Shown here one piece after another: positions 1-9,975 of a stretch of DNA of 64,000 bases. The notes beneath the pieces were generated by a model. It saw only the letters and a program-made list of their open reading frames with translations. It ran no database searches and was not told where the DNA came from. The position numbers and the translations under genes were made by a program. The stretch comes from an uncultured Actinomycetota bacterium. Lineage in GTDB: Bacteria; Actinomycetota; Actinomycetes; Mycobacteriales; Jatrophihabitantaceae. The stretch covers positions 1,523,398 to 1,587,397 of the forward strand of contig OY969789.1 of assembly GCA_963703085.1 (NCBI GenBank), written 5' to 3'. Each line of letters begins with the position of its first letter. The stretch's first letter is position 1.

Positions 1-1372
1 CGGCCCCGAGCGACATCCGGCCCGGCAACGACCCGTCAGCCGGCACGAGGGCGCCGTCACCGGGGTCGACGGGATCACCCCGGGACAGCTCATCGCCGGC
101 CAGGCGGGCCAGCAGGTCGAGCGCGATGCGCCGGCCGAACACCAGCCCCTCGAGCAGCGAATTCGAGGCCAGCCGATTCGCGCCGTGCACTCCGGTACAC
201 GCCGCCTCTCCGCAGGCGTACAGGCCGGGTACCGAGGTGCGGCCGAGCAGATCGGTGCGCACCCCGCCGGAGGAATAGTGGCTGGCCGGCACGACCGGGA
301 CGAGGTCGGTGACGGGGTCGATGCCGTGGGTGCGCAGCGATTCCAGGATGGACGGGAATCGGCGCCGCCACAGGGCTTCGCCGAACTCACGGCCGTCCAG
401 CCAGACGTGGGCGGCACCGGTCTGCTGCATGCGGCGCAAGATGCCCTTGGCGACGACATCGCGAGGCGCCAACTCGGCCAGCTCGTGCTGCCCGAGCATG
501 AACCGCTGGCCGGCGTCGTCACGCAGCACGGCGCCCTCGCCGCGCACTGCCTCGCTGACCAGCGGCTGCTGGCCGTGTGCCCCGGCGCCCAGCCACAGCA
601 CCGTCGGGTGGAACTGGACGAACTCGAGGTCGCGCACCACGGCGCCGGCGCGCAGTGCGGCCGCCACCCCGTCACCGGTGGACACCGTCGGGTTCGTGGT
701 CGCGGCGAACACCTGCCCGAGGCCGCCGGTGGCCAGCACGACCGCACGGGCCCGCACCGCGCCGACGCCGTCGCGGGCGCCTTCGCCCATCACGTGCAGG
801 GTGACGCCGCGCGCGGCACCCGCGGCGTCGCCGATGACGTCCAGCACGAGGGCATGCTCGATCACCTCGATGCGAGGGTGGCGATGCACCGCTTCGATGA
901 GCGCGCGGATCACCTCGGCGCCGGTGGCGTCGCCGCCCGCGTGCACGACGCGGTGGCGATGGTGGCCGCCCTCCCGGGCGAGTTGCAACTGACCGTCGGG
1001 GTCACGGTCGAAGCGCGCGCCCAGCTCGATCAGCTCGGCGACCGCCTGCGGGCCCTCGGTGACCAACGCGCGCACGGCGTCCTCGTCGCACAGCCCGACG
1101 CCGGCCACCAGGGTGTCGTGCAGATGCTCGGCTGGGGCGTCGTCGGCACCGAGCGCAGCCGCGATCCCGCCCTGGGCCCACTGCGTCGAGCCGGCCGCCA
1201 GGACGTCCTTGGTGACCACCAGAACTCGCCACGGCGTCGTCTGGTCCACCAGCCGCAAGGCCGTGCTCAGACCGGCGACGCCGGAGCCGACCACGACGAC
1301 GTCCGCGTCGGCGTGCCATCCCGCAGTGGCTGCGCGCAGGTGCCCGGGCGGGCCGGTGGTGACTGCGGTCAT
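1..1372 (-). CDS. nadB: L-aspartate oxidase (partial; C-terminal part lies beyond the window start)
   Basis: Absent from the ORF track because it is truncated. Manual reverse translation from ATG 1372-1370 gives [41 protein letters not shown]...[20 protein letters not shown]...[19 protein letters not shown]. This shows an FAD GxGxxG fold and NadB/succinate-dehydrogenase flavoprotein motifs. The ATG overlaps the panC stop (ATGA). Confidence 0.85.
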   Translation of the reverse strand, partial: MTAVTTGPPGHLRAATAGWHADADVVVVGSGVAGLSTALRLVDQTTPWRVLVVTKDVLAAGSTQWAQGGIAAALGADDAPAEHLHDTLVAGVGLCDEDAVRALVTEGPQAVAELIELGARFDRDPDGQLQLAREGGHHRHRVVHAGGDATGAEVIRALIEAVHRHPRIEVIEHALVLDVIGDAAGAARGVTLHVMGEGARDGVGAVRARAVVLATGGLGQVFAATTNPTVSTGDGVAAALRAGAVVRDLEFVQFHPTVLWLGAGAHGQQPLVSEAVRGEGAVLRDDAGQRFMLGQHELAELAPRDVVAKGILRRMQQTGAAHVWLDGREFGEALWRRRFPSILESLRTHGIDPVTDLVPVVPASHYSSGGVRTDLLGRTSVPGLYACGEAACTGVHGANRLASNSLLEGLVFGRRIALDLLARLAGDELSRGDPVDPGDGALVPADGSLPGRMSLGA

Positions 1373-2208
1373 GCAAGCTCGATGGGATAGTTGTCGATGA
1401 GCCGGGTGCCGCCCACCCGAGCCGCAACCAGCATCCGGGCCGGACCGTGCTCGGGCGCGGCGGACAGGTCCGGCGCGCGCAGCTCGAAGTAATCGACCGC
1501 CACCGCCGGCTCGGCAGCCAGTACCTGCCGACCAGCCCGCAGCACAGCCTGCGCATCGGCGCCGCCATGTGCGGCGTCGAACGAGGCGCGCAGGGCGGCG
1601 GACAGCGCCGCCGCCGCGGCCCGATGCGCGTCGTCGAGATACACGTTGCGGCTCGATCGAGCCAGCCCGTCGGCTTCCCGAACCGTCGGCACCTCGACGA
1701 TCTCGGCGCCGAGGTCGAGGTCGTGCACCATTCGGCGCACCAGCGCGATCTGCTGATAGTCCTTCTGCCCGAAATAGCTGCGCGTCGGCGCGGTCAGATG
1801 CAGCAGTTTGCACACCACGGTCAGCACGCCGGCGAAGTGCCCGGGTCGGCTCTCGCCTTCCAGCTCCGCGGCCAGCGGGCCGGGATCGACGCTCACCCTG
1901 GGCAGACCGCCGACGTAGACGTCCTCGACCTCGGGTACCCAGACCAGATCGACGCCGGCGGACTCGCACAGCGCCAGATCCGCTGCCACCGGTCGCGGGT
2001 AGCGGCTGAAATCCTCGTTCGGCCCGAACTGCAGCGGGTTGACGAAGATCGTCGCCACCAAGGAGTCGTTCTGGTCACGGGCCGCGGCCAGGAGGGCCCG
2101 GTGCCCGTCGTGCAAAGCGCCCATCGTGAAGACCGCGCCCACCTCGCCCGGCACCCCGGCGCGGGCTGACTCGAGTTCGGCGCGCCGGTGCGCCACGAGC
2201 ATGCTCAC
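1369..2208 (-). CDS. panC: pantoate--beta-alanine ligase
   Basis: 279 aa ORF. Contains [14 protein letters not shown] (HxGH-type), [18 protein letters not shown] and FGQKDYQQ, motifs typical of PanC. Confidence 0.95.
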   Translation of the reverse strand: MSMLVAHRRAELESARAGVPGEVGAVFTMGALHDGHRALLAAARDQNDSLVATIFVNPLQFGPNEDFSRYPRPVAADLALCESAGVDLVWVPEVEDVYVGGLPRVSVDPGPLAAELEGESRPGHFAGVLTVVCKLLHLTAPTRSYFGQKDYQQIALVRRMVHDLDLGAEIVEVPTVREADGLARSSRNVYLDDAHRAAAAALSAALRASFDAAHGGADAQAVLRAGRQVLAAEPAVAVDYFELRAPDLSAAPEHGPARMLVAARVGGTRLIDNYPIELA

Positions 2209-2269
2209 TCAGCCAGTCTTGCAGTGCGGTGACCCGCCGCGGCAGCCGGACCGACCGGGCGCCAGGAGG

Positions 2270-3160
2270 TCAGCTCGGTTCGTCGGTGAGCATCCGCAGC
2301 AGGTCGGCGTGTTGCCGCTCGGTGATCCGTCCGGACTGACGGGCCCGGTCGGCGGTGCGCCGGGCCATCGCCCGGTAGGAGTCCAGCACGTCCGGAGACT
2401 GGCGGCTCAGCACGGCCAGGTGCTCGCTCACCGTCCGCACGTCACCGCGTGCGACCGGCCCGGTGAGCGCTGCGACACCGAGCCGCAGCGTGTTGTCCAG
2501 CGCGGCCCCGGTCAACGGCGCGAGCATTCGGGCCGGCGCCTCGACGCCCGCGTCCGCAAGCAGCTGCATCGCATCCGCGACCATCGTCACCAGGTGGTTG
2601 GACGCATGGGTGAGCGCGGCGTGATAGACCGGCCGGGCCAGCTCCGGGATCCAGATCGGTTCGCCGCCGATCTCGATGACCAGTGTCTCGGCGACCGGCC
2701 GCAGTTCCGGTTGCGTTGTCACGCCGAACACCGCGCCGTCCAGCCGGTCGAGATCTTCCGGCCGGCCGGCGAAAGTCATCGCCGGGTGCAGCGCCAGCGG
2801 CAATGCCCCACGCGCGGCGGCGGCGTCGAGCACTCCGACGCCATGAGCGCCCGAGGTATGGGCCACCCATTGGCCGGGGCGCCACACATCGGTCGCGGCC
2901 AAGCCCGCCACCAGCGGGCGCAGCGCGTCGTCTGGCACGGCGAGCAGCACCAGCTCCGCAGCCGCGACCACCTCGTCCGGTGGCAGCAAGGGCACATCCG
3001 GCAGCAGCCGTTCGGCCCGGCGCACGGAGTCCGCCGAGACACCGCTGGCCGCGATCACCCGGTGACCGGCCCGATTCAGCGCGGCGCCCAGCACCGCACC
3101 CACCCGGCCGGCGCTGATGACGCCGACCGTCAGCCGGACGGGATCTGCAGACAGATTCAC
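2270..3160 (-). CDS. Rossmann-like / DUF2520 domain protein (ketopantoate-reductase-like oxidoreductase, Rv3603c-like)
   Basis: 296 aa. N-terminal VGVISAGRVGAVLGAAL dinucleotide-binding motif. Sits immediately upstream of panC, as in other actinobacteria. Confidence 0.8.
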   Translation of the reverse strand: MNLSADPVRLTVGVISAGRVGAVLGAALNRAGHRVIAASGVSADSVRRAERLLPDVPLLPPDEVVAAAELVLLAVPDDALRPLVAGLAATDVWRPGQWVAHTSGAHGVGVLDAAAARGALPLALHPAMTFAGRPEDLDRLDGAVFGVTTQPELRPVAETLVIEIGGEPIWIPELARPVYHAALTHASNHLVTMVADAMQLLADAGVEAPARMLAPLTGAALDNTLRLGVAALTGPVARGDVRTVSEHLAVLSRQSPDVLDSYRAMARRTADRARQSGRITERQHADLLRMLTDEPS

Positions 3161-3183
3161 GATGCGCCGAGACTAGTGGGCCG

Positions 3184-3561
3184 TTGCCGCCGGTAGATTC
3201 GGCGAGCGTGACGCAGATCCCGCAGAGCCCGCCGTCTCTCGCTTCCGCAGTCGCCAAGGCAACCGACGCGGCCGCGTTGGGGGCCAACGCGCCGGCGCTG
3301 CTGCTGGAGGTCCTCACCGAACTCGGCGCGTTGGCCGCACTGGCGACGACCGCGACCGAACGCGGTCGCCGGCCGTTCCGTCCCCCCGCCGGGTGGGGCG
3401 AGCAGCTGGGCGCTCTCGGGTTCGCGCTGTACGGCCTCGCCGATCAGAGCGGGATCGATCTTGACACCGCAATCCGGGCCAGGGCCGGCGCCATCATTGC
3501 GCAGGCCGATCGAGCCGCTCAGCAGGCTACCGACGAGGGCTGGCCGTTCACCGCCGACTGA
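3184..3561 (+). CDS. hypothetical protein (possibly MazG-like all-alpha fold; weak call)
   Basis: 125 aa ORF with high GC3 that fills the gap between two minus-strand genes. The TTG/GTG start is uncertain and I recognised no clear catalytic motif. Confidence 0.4.
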   Translation: MPPVDSASVTQIPQSPPSLASAVAKATDAAALGANAPALLLEVLTELGALAALATTATERGRRPFRPPAGWGEQLGALGFALYGLADQSGIDLDTAIRARAGAIIAQADRAAQQATDEGWPFTAD

Positions 3562-3566
3562 TCCGG

Positions 3567-4826
3567 CTAGTCGCCGGCCCGGCGCCGGCGACCGACGTAG
3601 GAGTCGTCGCTACCCGCACGCGGTGATCGCGGCACAGGCTGGCCGGTCTCGTGCCTGCCTTCGGGCTCCGCCGCGAACCGGCGAGTGGCCCCGATCCCGA
3701 CCGGCTGGCCGAGATGCCGTGACCCGGCAGCTGCGGCCGGTTGGCTCGTCGCCAGCCGGCGCGGCGGTGCAGCGGGTATGTCGGTCTGCGCCGCAGGGCG
3801 GTGCACCGGCCGAGACGGTTCGGCGGCCGGACCGGGGACCGGCGCCTGCGGTGCCGGCGTCGGCGCCTGAGCAGCCGGTGGCGGCGCGGCGGGCGGCTGG
3901 TCGGCGAGCAGATCCAGGTCGTCCACCGGGGTCAGCCTGGGCAGTCCGGCGAACGGGTCGGCGGCAAGCGTGGTGCGAGGGGGGTCGGCAGGCGGCGGGA
4001 CCGGCTGCTCGACGGCCGGCGGGGCGGGCTGCTCCGCCGCAGCCGCCGGGACGGGCTGCTCCGCCGCAGCCGCCGGCTCCGGGCGCCGCTCGACAACAGG
4101 TACCTGCGGGCCATCGGGCAGAACCACCGCGGGCATCGGCTGGGTGGCGTCGGCCGGGATCGGGGACTGCGGCGGCGCCGGCCGCTGTGGGCCGGGTCGC
4201 TCGGTCCTTGGCGCGGCCGGGGAAGCAGCGGGGTCAGCGGCCGGTTGCGCTGCGGCCGCGGCCGGTTCCGGCGTTCGCAGCGGGCTGGGCTGCGGTGGGG
4301 CGGCCACCAGCGAGGCCAGCGTCTCCTGGGAGCCGGACCGGCGGCGCACCTCCTCCTGCAGTTCGGCGATGTTCGAGCCGACGATCCGGGTTTCGATGCG
4401 CTCCAGGCGCATCCGGCCGTCGACGGCGTCCTGAACGTCGCTGCGCAGCCCGGCCACCTCATGCCGCAGCGAGACCAGCTCGGCGCGCAGGCCCTTCTCC
4501 AGCTCGCGGCGCAGCATCACCTCGAGCTGCAGCTCGTACTCCCGGCGGCCGGCCCGTTCGCGCTCCAGTTCCAGCTCGTAGTGCCGGCGCACTTCCAGTT
4601 CGCTGCCCGGCTCATCTTCGTGATAGGCCTCGCTCGGATGCGAACGCCGCGGACCGTAGACGCTGAATCCGCCGAAAACCAATCCCCAGGCGCCGGCCAG
4701 GAGCCCGAGTCGGACGGTCTTGGTCTCGGTGCCGAACACGATCATCCCGACCGCACAGACGCTGAGCCCAACCGCGATCGCGATGCCGACGAAGCGCAGC
4801 GCTGTGCGACCGCGGGCTGACGACAT
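3567..4826 (-). CDS. Ala/Arg/Pro-rich membrane protein with coiled-coil segment (DUF6779 / Rv3604c-like)
   Basis: 419 aa. Two N-terminal TM helices (FVGIAIAVGLSVCAVGMIVF, LGLLAGAWGLVFGGFSVY). A charged coiled-coil follows (RHYELELERERAGRREYELQLEVMLRRELEKGLRAEL), then a Pro/Ala-rich tail. Its syntenic position is next to the DUF2520 gene. Confidence 0.75.
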   Translation of the reverse strand: MSSARGRTALRFVGIAIAVGLSVCAVGMIVFGTETKTVRLGLLAGAWGLVFGGFSVYGPRRSHPSEAYHEDEPGSELEVRRHYELELERERAGRREYELQLEVMLRRELEKGLRAELVSLRHEVAGLRSDVQDAVDGRMRLERIETRIVGSNIAELQEEVRRRSGSQETLASLVAAPPQPSPLRTPEPAAAAAQPAADPAASPAAPRTERPGPQRPAPPQSPIPADATQPMPAVVLPDGPQVPVVERRPEPAAAAEQPVPAAAAEQPAPPAVEQPVPPPADPPRTTLAADPFAGLPRLTPVDDLDLLADQPPAAPPPAAQAPTPAPQAPVPGPAAEPSRPVHRPAAQTDIPAAPPRRLATSQPAAAAGSRHLGQPVGIGATRRFAAEPEGRHETGQPVPRSPRAGSDDSYVGRRRRAGD

Positions 4827-4862
4827 GGCCGCGAGCCTAATCGGTGCGGCCAGCCTCGCTCT

Positions 4863-4898
4863 CCCGCCGGGACAGCCGCTCTCAGCTGTCCCGGCGGG
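4863..4898 (-). terminator. GC-rich hairpin downstream of the betaine-binding protein gene (factor-independent terminator candidate without U-tract)
   Basis: Perfect 14-bp inverted repeat: cccgccgggacagc (4863-4876) and gctgtcccggcggg (4885-4898), with an 8-nt loop. It begins 13 nt after the stop at 4911. Confidence 0.5.
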
Positions 4899-4910
4899 AT
4901 TGCTGTGCTG

Positions 4911-5840
4911 CTAGGACTTGCCCAGCCCGTTGTCGTCGACCCACTTCTGGGCGGCCTTCTGCGCATTCTGGTGGTCGATCTCGACCTGCTTGTCCAGCTG
5001 CTGCAGCGCCTCGGTGGTCAGCTTCGCGTTGACCTTGTCGAGCACGCCCTGCGCTTTGGAATCCAACTTCTTCTGGCTGCCCATCCAGATGATGTTGTCT
5101 GCCTGCTGCAGCTTCTTGTCGTCCTCGAGCAGGACGAGGTTGTTCGCCGCAACCAGGCCGCTGCTGGAGAAGACCAGACCCAGCTGGATGGTGCCGTCCT
5201 TCAGCGCGTTGATGGTGTCGACGCCACCGCTGCTGCCGAACTTCTTGAAGCCCTTGAACTTCAGCCCGTAGGTCTTTTCCAGCCCAGGTTCGCAGAACGG
5301 CCGGGTCGGGCACTCCGCCCCGGCACCGAGAGTGATCTGGCCGTTGAGCTTGGCCAGGTCACTGAGCGTCTTCAGGCCGTTCTTGTCGGCGAAGTCCTTC
5401 GTGACGGCGAACGCATTCTCGTCCGCTGCCGGGGAGGGCTTGCCGACGATCAGGCCCTTGGATTTGATCAGCGCCGCCAGCTTGGTCTGCACCGCGCTGG
5501 CGTCGGTACCGGCGATCGGGCTGTTCGCCGACGCATCCTTGCCGTTGATCTGCGTGTTCCAGTACTCGGCAACGGTCGAGACGTACTCCGGAACCACATT
5601 GATCTCGTTGCTGGTCAACGCCTTCTGGTAGACCTCCCGGGCGCCGATGTTCACCTTGGGCGTGGCCTTGAGGCCGGCCGCTTTGAGGGCATCGACGTAC
5701 ATGTAGGCGATGATCTCGGACTCGGCGAAGTTGGCCGAGCCGACGACGACGTTCTTCTTGCTGCTGCTGCTGCACGCGCTCAGTCCACCCACCGCGGCGA
5801 GTGCCACAGCGAGCAGAGCAGCGCTTCGACGAAATTGCAT
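4911..5840 (-). CDS. glycine betaine/choline-type ABC transporter substrate-binding lipoprotein (OpuAC/ProX family)
   Basis: I trimmed the ORF to ATG 5840 (MQFRRSAALLAVALAAVGGLSAC, signal peptide plus lipobox). VVVGSANFAESEIIAYMYVDALKAAG is typical of OpuBC/OpuCC-like binding proteins. Confidence 0.85.
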   Translation of the reverse strand: MQFRRSAALLAVALAAVGGLSACSSSSKKNVVVGSANFAESEIIAYMYVDALKAAGLKATPKVNIGAREVYQKALTSNEINVVPEYVSTVAEYWNTQINGKDASANSPIAGTDASAVQTKLAALIKSKGLIVGKPSPAADENAFAVTKDFADKNGLKTLSDLAKLNGQITLGAGAECPTRPFCEPGLEKTYGLKFKGFKKFGSSGGVDTINALKDGTIQLGLVFSSSGLVAANNLVLLEDDKKLQQADNIIWMGSQKKLDSKAQGVLDKVNAKLTTEALQQLDKQVEIDHQNAQKAAQKWVDDNGLGKS

Positions 5841-6030
5841 GGGTTGTGGCGCCTTTCGTGTCCCGGCTCGATGGCCGCGTGTCTGGCGAGACGTCCAGCC
5901 CGGTGCCGGGCTGATGCCACAGCCAAGCATGAACTGCCGACAACCGCTCGCGGTGGTGCCGATCGTCACTCAACCGCGACGCCCGGTGCCCTGCCCGGCG
6001 GCCCGGCCGGCGGGTTACTACGGTGGTGGG

Positions 6031-7314
6031 GTGACCAGCGCGGCGAGTGCGACGAACCGGTCGTCAGCCGCCCTGACGGTGCGATCGATGCCCATCGCCG
6101 ACCCGGGTGCTGGGCTGATCGACCTGCTCCCGGATCCGCACGGGATGGCCTGGTCGCGCAACGGCGAAGGGCTGATCGGCTGGGGCACGGTGGCCGAACT
6201 GCGCTGTACCGGGCCCGACCGATTTGTCCAGGCCCGTGACTGGTGGAGCGACCTGGTCGACCGCTCCGCAGTCCGCGACGAGGTCGGCCTGGCCGGCAGC
6301 GGGTTGGTGGCCTTCGGCTCGTTCGCCTTTTCCGACTCACCGCACGCTCCGGCCGGGGAATCGGTGCTGTCCGTGCCGCAGTTCGTCGTCGGCCACCGCG
6401 GCGGCCACTGGTGGGTGACGACGATGGGCGTCGAGGATCACCTGCCGCCGCTGCCGCCGCAGCTGACCGTCCCCGGAATCGACCCGCCGGGGGAGCTCAC
6501 CTTCGCCGACGGTGCCAGCAGCCCGGCGCTGTGGCAGACAGCGGTGGCGACGGCGGTACGCCGCATTTCGGCCGGCGAACTCGACAAAGTGGTGCTGGCC
6601 AGAGACCTCGACGTGCGTACCGAGCATCCGATCGATCCGCGCTGGCCGCTGCGCCGGCTGGCCGAGCGCTACGGCAGCTGCTTCACCTTCGCCGTCGACG
6701 GGTTGCTCGGCGCGACACCGGAGCTGCTGGTCCGGTTGGAGGGTCGGCTGGTCACGTCGCGGCTCCTGGCCGGCACCATCCAGCGCACCGGCTCGCTGGC
6801 CCGGGACGAGGCGCTGGCCGGCTCGCTGGCGCGCTCCAGCAAAGATCTCGAGGAGCACGAGTACGGCGTCGCCTCGGTCGCCGAGGCACTGGCGCCGCAC
6901 TGCACCGGGATGAACGTCCCGGAGGCGCCGTTCGTCCTGCATCTGCCGAACGTGATGCATCTGGCCACCGACATCACCGGCGTCGTCAGCGACGGATCGA
7001 CCGCACTGGACCTCATTGCTGCTCTGCATCCGACGGCGGCGGTGTGCGGCACGCCCCGAGCCGCTGCCACCGCCGTGATCGACGAGGTGGAGGGCATGGA
7101 TCGCGGCCGCTACGCCGGGCCGGTGGGCTGGATCGCGGCCAGTGGCGCGGGCGAGTTCGGCATTGCTCTGCGCAGCGGCGAGCTCGACCCTTCCGATGCG
7201 CGGCACATGCGGCTGTTCGCCGGGTGCGGCATCGTCGCGGACTCCGATCCGGTGGCTGAGCTGGCCGAGAGCAACGCCAAGCTCCTGCCCATGCGCGAGG
7301 CCCTCTCTACCTGA
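6031..7314 (+). CDS. menF: isochorismate synthase
   Basis: Chorismate-binding domain motifs: GELDKVVLAR, GATPELLVR, HPTAAVCGTP, GMDRGRYAGPVGW, GIALRSG, AGCGIVADSDP. The start is uncertain; in-frame candidates are GTG 6031 and ATG 5914. Confidence 0.85.
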   Translation: MTSAASATNRSSAALTVRSMPIADPGAGLIDLLPDPHGMAWSRNGEGLIGWGTVAELRCTGPDRFVQARDWWSDLVDRSAVRDEVGLAGSGLVAFGSFAFSDSPHAPAGESVLSVPQFVVGHRGGHWWVTTMGVEDHLPPLPPQLTVPGIDPPGELTFADGASSPALWQTAVATAVRRISAGELDKVVLARDLDVRTEHPIDPRWPLRRLAERYGSCFTFAVDGLLGATPELLVRLEGRLVTSRLLAGTIQRTGSLARDEALAGSLARSSKDLEEHEYGVASVAEALAPHCTGMNVPEAPFVLHLPNVMHLATDITGVVSDGSTALDLIAALHPTAAVCGTPRAAATAVIDEVEGMDRGRYAGPVGWIAASGAGEFGIALRSGELDPSDARHMRLFAGCGIVADSDPVAELAESNAKLLPMREALST

Positions 7315-7330
7315 GTCTCCGCGAGCAGGC

Positions 7331-8944
7331 TTACAGCTCAGCGTGCAGCGCGCGCACCGTGTCGCGGCGGCAGCGGACTTCCAGCACCTGCAGACCGCTC
7401 GGTGGTGCCGCTACCCGCTCGGCCAGATCGGCGGCGTCGACGATGTGGTGATGCGCCACGCCGGCCCCGGCGCACAGGGCGGCCAGGTCGGCGCCGGTGG
7501 GCGTGCCGAAGAGCCGCTCGAAGCCCTCGGCATGCTGCGGTGCGCCCTGCTCCAGCGTGCCGAAGATGCCGCCGCCGTCGTCGTTCACCACCACGACGGT
7601 GAGCTCGGGCCGCGGCTCGTCCGGTCCGATCAGCAGTGCCGTCACGTCGTGCTGGAAGGTGAGGTCGCCGACCAGCGCGTAGGTGGGACGCGGCTGGCCG
7701 AGTGCCAGCCCGATCGCGCTGGACAGCGTGCCGTCGATCCCGGCCAGCCCGCGGTTGGCCACGACGCGCACGTCCGCGCGCGGCAACGCGGCCAGGTCCA
7801 CGTCGCGCACCGGATTGGACGAGCCGAGCTGGATCGCCGAGCCGGCGGGCAGCGCAGCCATCACCGTGCGAGCAACCGCCAGACCGGACGGCCAGGACGC
7901 CTCGACCACAGCCGCGACCCGCGATGCCAGGTGCGCCGCCGCGTCCGTCCAGCTGCGTGCCCAGTGCGGATCGACCGGACCGGTAGCGCCGGCCAGCCAG
8001 CCGGATCCGACGACTCGGGTGGCGACGCCGGCCGCGTCCGGCCAGCGCGGGCCGTCGGACACCACCACCACCTCGCCGGCCGCGCCGAGAAGCTGCTGCG
8101 TCGCACGGTGCAGGGTGGGCGTTCCGATCACGATGACGCGGTCCGGCACGTGCTCGGCCAGCCACTCTGCGTCCTGCAGCAGGACCGCACCGCAGGGCAG
8201 CGCGGCGCCGCCCAGCCCTGCGGAGGCCTCGGCTATCACCGGCCAGCCGTGCCGCGTCGCCGCAGCACGCCCCACCTCGGCCAGCGCGGCCGCGCCGTCA
8301 CCGGCCACCAGCGCCGTCCGGGGCCGGACGTCGTCGTGCTCTGGCGACCCGCCGGGCGCGTCCGGCGGGTCGAAACGCAGGCTGGTGCCCCGGTCGGGCG
8401 CGACTTCGGCCGGTGCCACCAGCGGCTCGCGAAACGCGAGGTTGACGTGTACCGGCCCGGGATCGCGCGAGAACGACCCGACCGCCCAGCTGACCGCGCG
8501 GGCCAGCACCGCCCTGGCCCGGTCTGGGGCAGCGGAGTCGAGGCCGACGAACCATCGCGTGGCCGTGCCGTAGAGGCGCTGCTGGTCGGTGGTCTGGTTG
8601 GCGCCGGTGCCGACGAGTTCCGGCGGCCGATCGGCGGTGAGGACGACCAGCGGGATGCCCCGATGCGACGCCTCGAGCACCGCCGGGTGCAGGTTCGCCG
8701 CCGCCGTCCCCGACGTGCAGGCGACCGGCACGGGGCGGTTGCCGGCCGCGGCGAGGGCCAGCGCGAGGAACCCGGCACCACGCTCGTCGATGCGCACGTG
8801 CAGCCGCAACCGCCCGGCGGCGTCGGCCCGGTGCAGGGCATACGACAGCGGCGCGTTGCGCGAGCCCGGGCAGAGCACTGCCTCGCGGACGCCGAGGGCG
8901 ATCAGCTCGTCCACCACGACGGCGGCCAGCCGGGCGGACGTCAT
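7331..8944 (-). CDS. menD: 2-succinyl-5-enolpyruvyl-6-hydroxy-3-cyclohexene-1-carboxylate synthase
   Basis: I trimmed the 802-aa track ORF to ATG 8944 (MTSARLAAVVVDELIALGVREAVLCPGSRNAPL...). ThDP-enzyme motifs are present: CTSGTAAANLHPAVLEA and GDLTFQHD. The start overlaps the menC stop (ATGA). Confidence 0.95.
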   Translation of the reverse strand: MTSARLAAVVVDELIALGVREAVLCPGSRNAPLSYALHRADAAGRLRLHVRIDERGAGFLALALAAAGNRPVPVACTSGTAAANLHPAVLEASHRGIPLVVLTADRPPELVGTGANQTTDQQRLYGTATRWFVGLDSAAPDRARAVLARAVSWAVGSFSRDPGPVHVNLAFREPLVAPAEVAPDRGTSLRFDPPDAPGGSPEHDDVRPRTALVAGDGAAALAEVGRAAATRHGWPVIAEASAGLGGAALPCGAVLLQDAEWLAEHVPDRVIVIGTPTLHRATQQLLGAAGEVVVVSDGPRWPDAAGVATRVVGSGWLAGATGPVDPHWARSWTDAAAHLASRVAAVVEASWPSGLAVARTVMAALPAGSAIQLGSSNPVRDVDLAALPRADVRVVANRGLAGIDGTLSSAIGLALGQPRPTYALVGDLTFQHDVTALLIGPDEPRPELTVVVVNDDGGGIFGTLEQGAPQHAEGFERLFGTPTGADLAALCAGAGVAHHHIVDAADLAERVAAPPSGLQVLEVRCRRDTVRALHAEL

Positions 8945-9918
8945 GCGGCGCAGGCCGTGGCGCGTCGCTGCCACCACTCGGCCCGCTCGGCCGGTGCGGC
9001 CAGCGTGCGCAGCAGCGCCGGGTCCGGCACCACGGCGCCAACAGCCAGCATCCCGGCGACGGGTCGCTGCGGTGCGCCGACGACATCCGCGCCGAGCAGC
9101 GATCCGGTGGCCAGCCCGCACGCGTAGGGCAGCTCCGGCAGGGCGCCGGCCAGGGCCAACCCGGCAGCGATCCCGACGGCAGTGTCGATCGCGCTGGACA
9201 CCACCACCGGCAGCCCGACCTGCTCGGCCAACCGCAAGCAGGCCCGCACACCGCCCAGCGGCGCCACCTTCAACACCACCACGTCGGCTGCCTCGGCGGA
9301 CACCACGCGCAGCGGGTCGTCGCTGCGCCGGATGGACTCGTCCGCGGCGATCGGCACGTCCACGGCACGGCGCACCGCGGCAAGCTCGGCGACAGACCTG
9401 CACGGCTGCTCGACGTACTCCAGGCCGCCGGCTGCCTTGTCGTACAAGGGGATCAGTCGCGTGGCGGTGTCGACATCCCATCCGGTGTTGACGTCGATGC
9501 GCACCCGTCCGCCCGGGCCGATGGCATCTCGGACCGCTTCCAGACGAGCCAGGTCGGCCGCCTCGTTCTGGCCGCGTTCGGCAACCTTCACCTTCGCCGT
9601 CCGGCAGCCACCCGAGCCGCGCACCAAGTCCGCAGCGTGGTCGGGATCGGTCGCCGGGATCGTGACATTGACCGGCACCTCGTCGCGCACCGCGGCCGGA
9701 AAGCCCTGCTCGGCTGCTTCCCGCGCCGCCAGCCACCACCCGCGCGCCTCGGCAACGTCGTACTCGACGAACGGCGCGAACTCGCCCCAGCCGGCCGGCC
9801 CCTCGATCAGCATCGCCTCGCGCACCGTGATGCCCCGGAACCGGGTGCGCATCGGAATCGACACCACGGCGCTGCGCACCTCGGTTACGTTAGCGGGTCG
9901 CCACCGACCCACCCCCAT
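8941..9918 (-). CDS. menC: o-succinylbenzoate synthase
   Basis: 325 aa. PMRTRFRGITVREAMLIEGPAGWGEFAPFVEY and KVKV/IDVN/EQPC enolase-superfamily metal-ligand strands match actinobacterial MenC. Confidence 0.9.
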   Translation of the reverse strand: MGVGRWRPANVTEVRSAVVSIPMRTRFRGITVREAMLIEGPAGWGEFAPFVEYDVAEARGWWLAAREAAEQGFPAAVRDEVPVNVTIPATDPDHAADLVRGSGGCRTAKVKVAERGQNEAADLARLEAVRDAIGPGGRVRIDVNTGWDVDTATRLIPLYDKAAGGLEYVEQPCRSVAELAAVRRAVDVPIAADESIRRSDDPLRVVSAEAADVVVLKVAPLGGVRACLRLAEQVGLPVVVSSAIDTAVGIAAGLALAGALPELPYACGLATGSLLGADVVGAPQRPVAGMLAVGAVVPDPALLRTLAAPAERAEWWQRRATACAA

Positions 9919-9923
9919 GTTGG

Positions 9924-9975
9924 TTGGCCCCGTAGCCGGGGGTTTTCCGGCGTGTCGTCCCGGCTACGGGGCCAA
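9924..9975. promoter_or_regulatory. long perfect inverted repeat in the menC/menB divergent intergenic region (operator or 5'-UTR hairpin candidate)
   Basis: ttggccccgtagccggg (9924-9940) pairs perfectly with cccggctacggggccaa (9959-9975), with an 18-nt loop. It lies 6 nt from the menC ATG and 35 nt from the menB GTG. Confidence 0.5.

Noticed and set aside
1-2208. panC followed by nadB instead of panD, considered as a possible unusual fusion of pantothenate and NAD operons.
   Set aside because: From memory the panC-nadB-nadC-coaX order is the normal Streptomyces-type arrangement, so it is probably ordinary.
5896-5913. 8+2+8 palindrome cagcccgg-tg-ccgggctg in the SBP/menF divergent region.
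   Set aside because: Short GC-only inverted repeats of this size are expected by chance several times in 64 kb of 70% GC DNA. A 2-nt loop cannot form an RNA hairpin.
7331-9739. Track ORFs with long N-terminal extensions. Examples are the 802-aa menD ORF, the 543-aa hpt ORF 21354-22985, the 660-aa resB ORF, the 590-aa ORF 61296-63068, the 578-aa menB ORF and the 466-aa permease ORF 29824-31224.
   Set aside because: The extensions are Arg-rich and overlap the real upstream genes. Internal ATG/GTG starts coincide with ATGA/GTGA stop-start overlaps or good SD sequences and give family-typical protein lengths.
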